Shown one piece after another: positions 17,120-24,203 of a stretch of DNA of 32,000 nucleotides; position 1 is the first letter of the stretch, and every line of letters starts with the position of its first letter. The stretch comes from an uncultured Erysipelotrichaceae bacterium. GTDB lineage: Bacteria; Bacillota_I; Bacilli_A; Erysipelotrichales; Erysipelotrichaceae. Made by a program: the position numbers and the translations under genes. Below the pieces are notes generated by a model that made no database searches, had not been told where the DNA came from, and saw only the letters and a list, made by a program, of their open reading frames with translations. The stretch covers positions 1,050,001 to 1,082,000 of the forward strand of contig OW818653.1 of NCBI GenBank assembly GCA_942492995.1. Direction: 5' to 3'.

Positions 17120-17851
17120 ATGACATTCAATCAAAAAGTAGTTGTGATTACTGGCGCAAGTCATGGTATTGGATTGGGGATAGCTAAGTCATTTATTAAT
17201 GAAGGTGCTACAGTCTTTTCGATTGATAAAGATAGTTATGATGGTGATTTGCCTATTCATACATTTGTTGGGGATATTGCGAGTCGCTATGATCGTGAAT
17301 TGTTTTTAGAATATGTATTAACTCAATCAAATCATATCGATGTATTAGTGCATAATGCGATTGAATCGAGTCAAGGAATTTTAAGTGATTTAGATTTAGA
17401 TCAGTTCGAACGAATCCTAACTATTGGGATTACTGCACCCTATCATTTAATCTCGATGTGTAAAAAGTATATGCCGAGTGGTTCTTCGATGATTAATATT
17501 GTGTCTACGCGTGCTTTTCAATCACAGAAGAATACTGAAGCATATAGTAGTGCTAAAGGTGGACTAAATAGTTTAACCCATGCCTTAGCGAATAGTTTAG
17601 CACCAGATATACGCGTAAATGCGATTGCGCCTGGATGGATTGATACGCATGATTCTGAATTAAGTTTAGAAGATAAGTCTCAACATCTTACCAATTCGGT
17701 TGGTAGAATTGAAGATATTGCGGAGTGTGTACTTTTCCTATCAAGCACTAAGGCTAAGTTTATCACTGCAGAAACAATCATCATTGATGGTGGTATGAGT
17801 AAACGTATGATTTATCATAATGATGAAGGTTGGACATATAATAAACAATGA
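17120..17851 (+). CDS. SDR family oxidoreductase
   Basis: 243 aa with the TGASHGIG cofactor motif, the catalytic YSSAKGG (YxxxK) motif and IAPGWIDT. Confidence 0.85.
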   Translation: MTFNQKVVVITGASHGIGLGIAKSFINEGATVFSIDKDSYDGDLPIHTFVGDIASRYDRELFLEYVLTQSNHIDVLVHNAIESSQGILSDLDLDQFERILTIGITAPYHLISMCKKYMPSGSSMINIVSTRAFQSQKNTEAYSSAKGGLNSLTHALANSLAPDIRVNAIAPGWIDTHDSELSLEDKSQHLTNSVGRIEDIAECVLFLSSTKAKFITAETIIIDGGMSKRMIYHNDEGWTYNKQ

Positions 17852-17882
17852 AACGATGTTTCAATATAATAAATCATATTTG

Positions 17883-17898
17883 TGTTATTTTGGAACAA
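17883..17898. promoter_or_regulatory. Conserved 16-nt box TGTTATTTTGGAACAA (copy 2 of the TTGTT-N7-AACAA dyad)
   Basis: It is identical to the reverse complement of 1685-1700 and sits at the same position relative to the GH4 start. Confidence 0.4.
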
Positions 17899-17913
17899 AA
17901 AACCTAAATTGAT

Positions 17914-17939
17914 AAAGTGCTTGAAAGCACTTTTTTAAT
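17914..17939 (+). terminator. Palindrome/hairpin AAAGTGCTT-GA-AAGCACTTT followed by a T-run. Possible terminator of the SDR gene and/or operator
   Basis: A perfect 9-bp dyad followed by TTTTTT. The -35 hexamer of the downstream promoter lies in its centre. Confidence 0.45.
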
Positions 17940-17949
17940 CTTGCATAAT
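17921..17949 (+). promoter_or_regulatory. Putative sigma-A promoter of GH4 paralog 2 (TTGAAA, 17 bp spacer, CATAAT)
   Basis: The -35 is at 17921-17926 and the -10 at 17944-17949, about 23 nt upstream of the ATG, with an AGAGGT Shine-Dalgarno. Confidence 0.5.
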
Positions 17950-17972
17950 GAGTACGAAAGTAGAGGTACATC

Positions 17973-19337
17973 ATGAAAATAGTTACGATTGGTGGCGGTA
18001 GTAGTTATACCCCAGAACTCATTGAAGGATTTATTTTACGTAAACATGAATTAGACATCAAAGAAATTTGGTTAGTAGATGTTGAAGAAGGTAGAGAAAA
18101 ATTAGAAATCGTTGGTGCAATGGCTCAACGTATGGTTAAAGCTGCAGGATTAGATTGGAAAGTTAATTTAACTCTTAATCGTCGTGAAGCACTTAAAGAT
18201 GCGGATTTCGTCACAACTCAATTCCGTGTAGGATTGTTGGATGCACGTATTCGTGATGAAAGAATTCCACTAAGTTACGGTTATATCGGTCAAGAAACAA
18301 ACGGTGCTGGTGGTATGATGAAAGCATTCCGTACCATTCCTGTTATCTTAGGCATTATCGAAGATATGAAAGAATTATGTCCTAATGCTTGGTTAGTTAA
18401 CTTCACAAATCCAAGTGGTATCGTTACTGAAGCTGCGATAAAAGTCGGCGGATGGAAACGTACAATTGGTTTATGTAATGTGCCTATTGGTCATATTGCG
18501 TCATCCAATGCGATTATGGGTTTCTCAGAATTTGATACAACATTATTCTATAAATTTGCAGGGTTAAATCATTTCCACTGGCATAAAGTATGGGATAAAG
18601 CAGGTAATGAAATTACGGATTACTTGATTGAACAAGTATACAATCCAGAAAATAAAGCTAAATATGAAGGCATGAAGAATATTCGTAACCTTCCATTCAG
18701 CTATGAACAAATTAAAGACTTGGGTATCTTACCATGTGGTTACCACCGTTATTACTATATCCAAGAAGATATGTTACATGAAGAACTTGAAGCATTTGAA
18801 AATCACACTACACGTGCTGAAACAGTTAAGAAGACTGAAGCTGAGTTGTTTGAACTTTACAAAGATCCAAAACTTGACTATAAACCTGAACAATTGACTA
18901 AACGTGGTGGTACACATTATTCTGATGCGGCATGTGAAGTTATTGCGTCTATCGCAAATAACAAGAAGACACAAATGGTTGTAAGTACACAAAACAATGG
19001 CGCTATCACTGATTTACCATACGATTGTATCGTTGAAGTTTCAGCTCTAATCACATCTCACGGACCAGAACCACTAAACTGGGGATCATTCAAACCTGCA
19101 GCACGTGGTGTACTACAAATCCAAAAAGCGATGGAAGAAGTTGTAATCGAAGCAGCGGTTAAGGGTGATTATGGGGCAGCATTACATGCATTTACCATTA
19201 ATCCATTAATTTCTGGTGGTATTAAAGCTAAAGCAATGTTAGATGAAATGTTAGTCGCTAATAAAGACTACTTACCTCAATTTAAATCAACAATCGCTGA
19301 TTTAGAAGCTAAAGGCGTTACCTATACTAAGAAGTAG
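17973..19337 (+). CDS. 6-phospho-beta-glucosidase, glycoside hydrolase family 4 (ChbF/CelF/LicH-like), paralog 2
   Basis: 454 aa with the same motifs as paralog 1. Residues 1-172 are about 95 percent identical to paralog 1, the middle is much more divergent and the C-terminal third is intermediate. Confidence 0.9.
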   Translation: MKIVTIGGGSSYTPELIEGFILRKHELDIKEIWLVDVEEGREKLEIVGAMAQRMVKAAGLDWKVNLTLNRREALKDADFVTTQFRVGLLDARIRDERIPLSYGYIGQETNGAGGMMKAFRTIPVILGIIEDMKELCPNAWLVNFTNPSGIVTEAAIKVGGWKRTIGLCNVPIGHIASSNAIMGFSEFDTTLFYKFAGLNHFHWHKVWDKAGNEITDYLIEQVYNPENKAKYEGMKNIRNLPFSYEQIKDLGILPCGYHRYYYIQEDMLHEELEAFENHTTRAETVKKTEAELFELYKDPKLDYKPEQLTKRGGTHYSDAACEVIASIANNKKTQMVVSTQNNGAITDLPYDCIVEVSALITSHGPEPLNWGSFKPAARGVLQIQKAMEEVVIEAAVKGDYGAALHAFTINPLISGGIKAKAMLDEMLVANKDYLPQFKSTIADLEAKGVTYTKK

Positions 19338-19357
19338 TTGTTACATGTTTACATCAA

Positions 19358-19384
19358 AGTCTAAGTTAAACTTAGGCTTTTTTA
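19358..19384 (+). terminator. Intrinsic terminator after GH4 paralog 2
   Basis: AGTCTAAGT-taa-ACTTAGGCT (9 bp with one G-U) followed by TTTTT. Confidence 0.7.
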
Positions 19385-19442
19385 TTGTATATACAATCAT
19401 AAACATGAATCATGTTAAGATAAGGATAGATAAAGAGGAATT

Positions 19443-20654
19443 ATGAAAACCATTAAATTTATTGTGATACTTGTGTTAGTTGGAATAATCGGATTAGGGG
19501 GTTATGCGTTTTCGCAGTACCAAACCATTCTAAAAGAAGTAGCTCCAATTCAAACGATTACATTCAATGACCAAGAAATTAACTATACATCGTCTACTGT
19601 ACAGTATTATTTGTTAAGTGGAATTATTCCAATTAAACGTGATTTCCAGAACATTGATTCTGTGACTGTTATCACTCATCAAATTGTAAATAATTTATCT
19701 ATTAATGAAACAGATGAAATTGAGATTACGTATCCTGATCAAACAATTGAGACATTGATTGGGACTAAAACAATCATTTTAGAAGAGAATGGGACATACT
19801 TGTTTAATGTAAAACGAGTGATGGAAGATAAAACTGTTTATCATTTTGAATTCAGTGTTGAAGTTGAGAGTTATCCAACAGTTTCAATAAGCAATACCAA
19901 TCCTGTTCAAGGTGAACTATTAATTGTGAATATTGAGAATATAAAGAAAGATAGTACGATTACAGTCGATAATCATTTTAGACCCTCTGCTATCTTACAA
20001 AAAGATTACTCAGCTCGATTCTATTTACCTATGGCGTATCGAGAAGAAGCGAAAGTTTATCCATTATCCGTTACGATAAATGATGTGAAATACGATTATG
20101 AACTTGATGTAAAAACGTTTGAGTTTAAACAAATTCATTTTACGGTTAGCGCAAGTGTATCAAGTAGTACGGTTGGAAATAACGATGCGGTTATACAATA
20201 TCGTGAAACGATTTATCCATTGTATGAAACGTTTGAAACTGATGAATATTGGGAAGGTAGTTTTGTACTTCCAGTTGAAGGTGCACGTGTATCCAGTTCA
20301 TTTGGAGAAATGCGTTTTGTGAATAATGCGAAAACCCCTTCTCGTCATTCAGGGATTGATTATGCGGTTGCGTGTGGAACGGATGTTGTCGCTTCCAATA
20401 CAGGTAAAGTAGAATATGCTGGTTTCTTAACGATGATTGGTAATACCATCGTCATTGATCATGGATTGGGTCTTAAAACATTCTATGAACATATGGATGA
20501 TATCGTAATTACACAAGGCGATATGGTGAATAAAGGTGATGTGATTGGTCATGTTGGGACGACTGGTTATTCGACTGGATGTCATCTTCATTTTCAAGGT
20601 ATGGTTAAGAATCAATCGATTAATCCTGAGTTTTTATATCAATTAGATAATTAA
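19443..20654 (+). CDS. M23 family metallopeptidase (peptidoglycan endopeptidase) with N-terminal membrane anchor
   Basis: 403 aa with one N-terminal TM segment. The C-terminal LytM/M23 motifs are HSGIDYA and GYSTGCHLHFQ. The extracellular region of about 270 aa is unassigned. Confidence 0.85.
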   Translation: MKTIKFIVILVLVGIIGLGGYAFSQYQTILKEVAPIQTITFNDQEINYTSSTVQYYLLSGIIPIKRDFQNIDSVTVITHQIVNNLSINETDEIEITYPDQTIETLIGTKTIILEENGTYLFNVKRVMEDKTVYHFEFSVEVESYPTVSISNTNPVQGELLIVNIENIKKDSTITVDNHFRPSAILQKDYSARFYLPMAYREEAKVYPLSVTINDVKYDYELDVKTFEFKQIHFTVSASVSSSTVGNNDAVIQYRETIYPLYETFETDEYWEGSFVLPVEGARVSSSFGEMRFVNNAKTPSRHSGIDYAVACGTDVVASNTGKVEYAGFLTMIGNTIVIDHGLGLKTFYEHMDDIVITQGDMVNKGDVIGHVGTTGYSTGCHLHFQGMVKNQSINPEFLYQLDN

Positions 20655-20667
20655 TCTTGCGAATTGT

Positions 20668-20696
20668 TTGACAGTGTATATGACATATGTTAGAGT
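20668..20696 (+). promoter_or_regulatory. Putative sigma-A promoter of the lysine operon leader (TTGACA, 17 bp spacer, TAGAGT)
   Basis: A perfect -35 at 20668-20673 and a -10 at 20691-20696, about 25 nt upstream of the riboswitch P1. Confidence 0.55.
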
Positions 20697-20720
20697 TTAT
20701 GAAAAGTTAAATAAAGCTAG

Positions 20721-20855
20721 GTTTTAAGAGGCTGCGATCGTCATTAGTTGATTCAATGAGGGACCATCGCCGAAGCAGAAATGCTGGGGTTATGTTTAAG
20801 AGACATAACACTGTTTGTAGGTATTTGCCCTGATACATACAAGTGCGCTTATAAC
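20721..20855 (+). promoter_or_regulatory. Lysine riboswitch (L-box) aptamer
   Basis: Conserved L-box blocks are present in order: AAGAGGCTGCG, ATTAGT, GAGGGACCATCGCCGAAG, GCTGGGG and CACTGT. P1 is GTTTTAAG / CTTATAAC. It lies upstream of lysA. Confidence 0.8.
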
Positions 20856-20883
20856 ACTAGTCGGGCAAAAGGAAACTCTTTGA

Positions 20884-20915
20884 GTCACAGGCCTTTTGCT
20901 TGTGGCTTTTTCTTT
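20884..20915 (+). terminator. Candidate riboswitch expression-platform terminator
   Basis: GTCACAGGC-ctttt-GCTTGTGGC (9 bp including 2 G-U) followed by TTTTTCTTT. It ends 14 nt before the lysA ATG. An alternative pairing is GCAAAAGG (20865-20872) with CCTTTTGC (20892-20899). Confidence 0.55.
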
Positions 20916-20929
20916 ATAGGAGAACACAT

Positions 20930-22216
20930 ATGACCTTTAACCCATTTATTACTGATAACCAACATTTAATGATTGGTTCGCATCGGGTATCTGATTTAGC
21001 GGATACCTATCAAACTCCTCTCTTTATTATGGATGAAGCTTTAATTCGTTCAAAAATGAGATACTTTAAAGACGTTTTTCAATCCCCTCTCTGTTCTAGT
21101 CAAGTTATTTATGCCTCGAAGGCATTCCTTAATCTTGCGATGTGTCAGATAGTGAATGAAGAAGGTCTTTTTTTAGATGTGGTGAGTGGTGGTGAACTGT
21201 ATACCGCACATAAAGCGAATTTCCCAATGGAGAAAATACTTTTTCATGGAAATAATAAAACAATTGATGAATTAAAAATGGCAATTGAATTAGGTGTAGG
21301 TCGTATTGTCATAGATAATTTGACTGAGTTAGAACATTTAATATCGATTAAACATAATCAAACAGTCAATATATTATTACGGGTTAATCCAGGGATTGAA
21401 GCTCATACACATGAATACATTGCGACCAGTAAACACGATTCAAAGTTTGGGGTTAGTATCTTTGATGAGTCCACAATCGATATGATTAAACTAGCGAATA
21501 ATCAAGTTGGGATTAACTTTATAGGTCTACATTGCCATATAGGTTCACAAATATTAGATGGATCATCCTTTATAAAAGAAATTGACGCATTACTTGATTA
21601 TGTTTTTACACTTAAACAAAATCATACAATCGAAGTGGATGAAATCAATATGGGTGGTGGATTTGGAGTTGCGTATACGCGTGATGAAGTAGAAATGGAC
21701 ATTAAACATTATTTACCTCAAGTGCTTGAACATGTGTATGCATATGCTTCATCACATTCTATCAAGACACCTAAAATATTCATTGAACCAGGTCGTTCGA
21801 TTGTCGCTAATGCAGGAATTACAGTTTATAAAGTTGGGGCAGTTAAGACAACGCATAATAAAAAGAATTATTTGTTCGTGGATGGTTCTATGGCAGATCA
21901 TATTCGTACAGCACTCTATCAAGCGAAGTATGAAGCTGCGCTTATTGATCGTATGGATGAACCCAATTCAATACACTATACAATCGCAGGTAGAGCATGT
22001 GAATCAGGCGATATTATCATTCATGATTGTGAATTACCTGAAGTTAAATTAAATGATTATTTAGCTGTTTTTACAACAGGTGCTTACCATTATTCGATGA
22101 GTTCGAATTATAATCGATTATTAAAACCTGCAGTATTATTTATAAATAAGGATAATGTACGCGTTGTGAATAAACGGGAAACGTATGAAGATTTAGTAAG
22201 GCAGGATTGTCTATGA
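20930..22216 (+). CDS. lysA: Diaminopimelate decarboxylase
   Basis: ORF 20900-22216. The likely start is the ATG at 20930, preceded by GGAG (the upstream extension overlaps the terminator). It has the PLP-lysine region IYASKAF and the GGGFGV and CESGD motifs. Confidence 0.9.
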   Translation: MTFNPFITDNQHLMIGSHRVSDLADTYQTPLFIMDEALIRSKMRYFKDVFQSPLCSSQVIYASKAFLNLAMCQIVNEEGLFLDVVSGGELYTAHKANFPMEKILFHGNNKTIDELKMAIELGVGRIVIDNLTELEHLISIKHNQTVNILLRVNPGIEAHTHEYIATSKHDSKFGVSIFDESTIDMIKLANNQVGINFIGLHCHIGSQILDGSSFIKEIDALLDYVFTLKQNHTIEVDEINMGGGFGVAYTRDEVEMDIKHYLPQVLEHVYAYASSHSIKTPKIFIEPGRSIVANAGITVYKVGAVKTTHNKKNYLFVDGSMADHIRTALYQAKYEAALIDRMDEPNSIHYTIAGRACESGDIIIHDCELPEVKLNDYLAVFTTGAYHYSMSSNYNRLLKPAVLFINKDNVRVVNKRETYEDLVRQDCL

Positions 22217-23421
22217 ACAAACGAATCGTAATGAAATTTGGTGGTTCCTCTGTTTCTACTGTAGAAAAGATGAAGGGATTAACCAAGAAGATATTGTATA
22301 AGAAAAATCATGGATATGAAGTAGTAGTTGTGGTATCCGCAATGGGTAAAACTACCAATCAATTACTCGAACTTGCGAATGAAGCATCATCTAATCCATC
22401 CAAACGTGAAATAGATTTACTATTAAGTACCGGTGAACAAGTTTCAATTTCCTTATTTACGATGATTCTAAATGGAATGGGTGTTGAAGCGATTGGATTA
22501 ACTGGGACACAAGCTGGGATTAAAACACGAGGACTACATACTAAGAACACCATTGATGATATCGATGTTTCACGGATTGAGAAACATTTATCTGAAGGAC
22601 GAATTGTGTTTGTGGCGGGTTTTCAAGGGGTGAATGAGTTGGGTGATATTACGACATTAGGACGAGGCGGATCAGACACAACTGCAGTCGCATTAGCCGC
22701 AAAACTAGGCTGTGATGCGGAGATCTATACGGATGTACAAGGCATTTATGGCGTTGATCCAAGGTTGTATCCAGATGCGCATAAGTTAGATGAAATATCA
22801 TTTGAAGAGATGAAAGAGATGGCGTTTCTAGGGGCGAAGGTTATGGAACCACGTTCGATAGAAATCGCGCATAAGTTTAATGTGAATGTGTATGTCGCAA
22901 GTGCTCATGAAGATATCAATGGGACTTGGATTAAGGAGAATGTAAATATGATTGAAGAAAAATCGATTAGTGGCGTTTCAGTGAGTGAAAATGTGATGTT
23001 AATTAATATACGTCAACTCCCTTCTAAATCTAAGATATTAGCGGATCTTTTTATCCGTTTAGCTGAGAATGAAATTAACGTTGATATTATTAGTCAAACC
23101 TTGAATCAAAATGAAACGATGGATGTATCATTCACAACTTCTTTGGATGATATGGCATTAGTTAATGATGTATTAAATCAACTTCAAACAACACATCCTA
23201 GTTCTACCATTGTCTTAGATGAAGATTGTGTCAAAGTTAGTGTGGTAGGAATTGGCATGCGTACGCAAACTGGTGTTGCGGCTAAATTATTCGGATTACT
23301 AAGTGAAAATGACATTGATTTCAAACTTGTCACAACTTCTGAAATTAGCATTTCATATACAATCGCGAAAAAGGATAAAGAAAAAGCGGTCAGATTAATC
23401 GCTAAACGGTTTAATTTATGA
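22213..23421 (+). CDS. lysC: Aspartate kinase (monofunctional, two C-terminal ACT domains)
   Basis: It carries VMKFGGSSV, VVVVSAMGKTT and LGRGGSDTTA motifs and is about 402 aa, like B. subtilis DapG/LysC-class enzymes. Its ATG overlaps the lysA stop (ATGA). The symbol is tentative and it could equally be dapG-like. Confidence 0.85.
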   Translation: MNKRIVMKFGGSSVSTVEKMKGLTKKILYKKNHGYEVVVVVSAMGKTTNQLLELANEASSNPSKREIDLLLSTGEQVSISLFTMILNGMGVEAIGLTGTQAGIKTRGLHTKNTIDDIDVSRIEKHLSEGRIVFVAGFQGVNELGDITTLGRGGSDTTAVALAAKLGCDAEIYTDVQGIYGVDPRLYPDAHKLDEISFEEMKEMAFLGAKVMEPRSIEIAHKFNVNVYVASAHEDINGTWIKENVNMIEEKSISGVSVSENVMLINIRQLPSKSKILADLFIRLAENEINVDIISQTLNQNETMDVSFTTSLDDMALVNDVLNQLQTTHPSSTIVLDEDCVKVSVVGIGMRTQTGVAAKLFGLLSENDIDFKLVTTSEISISYTIAKKDKEKAVRLIAKRFNL

Positions 23422-24203
23422 TTCGATTTGAAAAGTATCATGGGACAGGAAATGATTTTATTTTCGTCTATGATCAACCTGAAAATCCGAGTCAATGTGC
23501 AATAGAACTCTGTAATCGACACTTTGGGATTGGGGCAGATGGTTTAATGTTTGCACAATCGAGTGAAATTGCGGATATCAAGATGAGTTATTACAACTCA
23601 GATGGTTCACATGCGACAATGTGTGGGAATGGATTACGTTGTTTTGTACGTTTTGTGACAAATAATCAAATCGTTAATAAAACAGAATTTGTAGTAGAGA
23701 CAGATGCTGGATTAATTCCTGTTAAAGTTGATGAAGATATGATTGAGATTCGATTGAATCGTGAACGTAATACATTAACGGATGTGGAGAGTAGAATCCA
23801 AATACATAGCTACATTCCAATTGAACTAGAACATATGCTTATATATGGGGTATTTCTTGGGACATTACATGGTGTGGTTTATGTGGATAACTTTGATCAA
23901 ATTGTTGAACTAGGACCACGTTTAACAACACATCCGAACTTTCCTCAATTGATTAATATTAATTTTGTACGAATAATAAATCCCAATACGATAGAAGTAC
24001 GTACGCATGAGCGAGGCGCTGGATGGACATTATCCTGTGGGACTGGTGTATGTGCGAGTACGGTCATATCTTATGCATTAGGCAAAACGAATAAAGTAGT
24101 TAATATACAAACATTAGGTGGAGAATTAAGTGTACGATGTGAAGAAGATGGTATCTATTTAAAAGGTCCAGCAAAATGGATTGCACGAGGAGAAACAAAA
24201 TGA
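23418..24203 (+). CDS. dapF: Diaminopimelate epimerase
   Basis: It has an N-terminal GTGNDFIF motif. The two catalytic Cys motifs are MCGNGLRCF and SCGTGVCAS. Its start overlaps the preceding stop (ATGA). Confidence 0.9.
   Translation: MIRFEKYHGTGNDFIFVYDQPENPSQCAIELCNRHFGIGADGLMFAQSSEIADIKMSYYNSDGSHATMCGNGLRCFVRFVTNNQIVNKTEFVVETDAGLIPVKVDEDMIEIRLNRERNTLTDVESRIQIHSYIPIELEHMLIYGVFLGTLHGVVYVDNFDQIVELGPRLTTHPNFPQLININFVRIINPNTIEVRTHERGAGWTLSCGTGVCASTVISYALGKTNKVVNIQTLGGELSVRCEEDGIYLKGPAKWIARGETK

Larger units (their letters stand above)
17883..18488 (+). repeat. Inverted-repeat arm B: promoter region plus first 172 codons of GH4 paralog 2
   Basis: See arm A (1095-1700). Confidence 0.85.

Noticed and set aside
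17883-17911. Resemblance of TGTGTTATTTTGGAACAAAAAACCTAAATTG to a BglG/LicT-type RAT antiterminator target (GGATTGTTACTG...CAGGCAAAACCTAAA as I recall it), followed by a hairpin and T-run.
   Set aside because: The AAAACCTAAA part is not conserved in the other copy (1671-1684 region). The RAT-like segment does not overlap the 5' arm of the hairpin, as true RAT/terminator pairs do. No PRD-type antiterminator gene is present. A good promoter is centred on the hairpin itself.
20825-20868. A 6-nt complementarity between the L-box P5 loop (TTGCCC) and the left arm of the putative antiterminator (GGGCAA), as a possible ligand-dependent pseudoknot.
   Set aside because: Six nucleotides is too short to be significant without covariation evidence. 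It is mentioned in the riboswitch finding only as something to test.
20900-20929. N-terminal extensions suggested by the longest-ORF track for several genes: lysA from 20900, asd from 24176, the kinase from 12750, mglB from 9850, GH4 from 1631, NfeD from 3636 and the lipoprotein from 4036.
   Set aside because: In each case a downstream ATG has a proper Shine-Dalgarno and starts at the conserved N-terminus or signal peptide. The extension also overlaps a terminator, the Shine-Dalgarno itself or the preceding gene.
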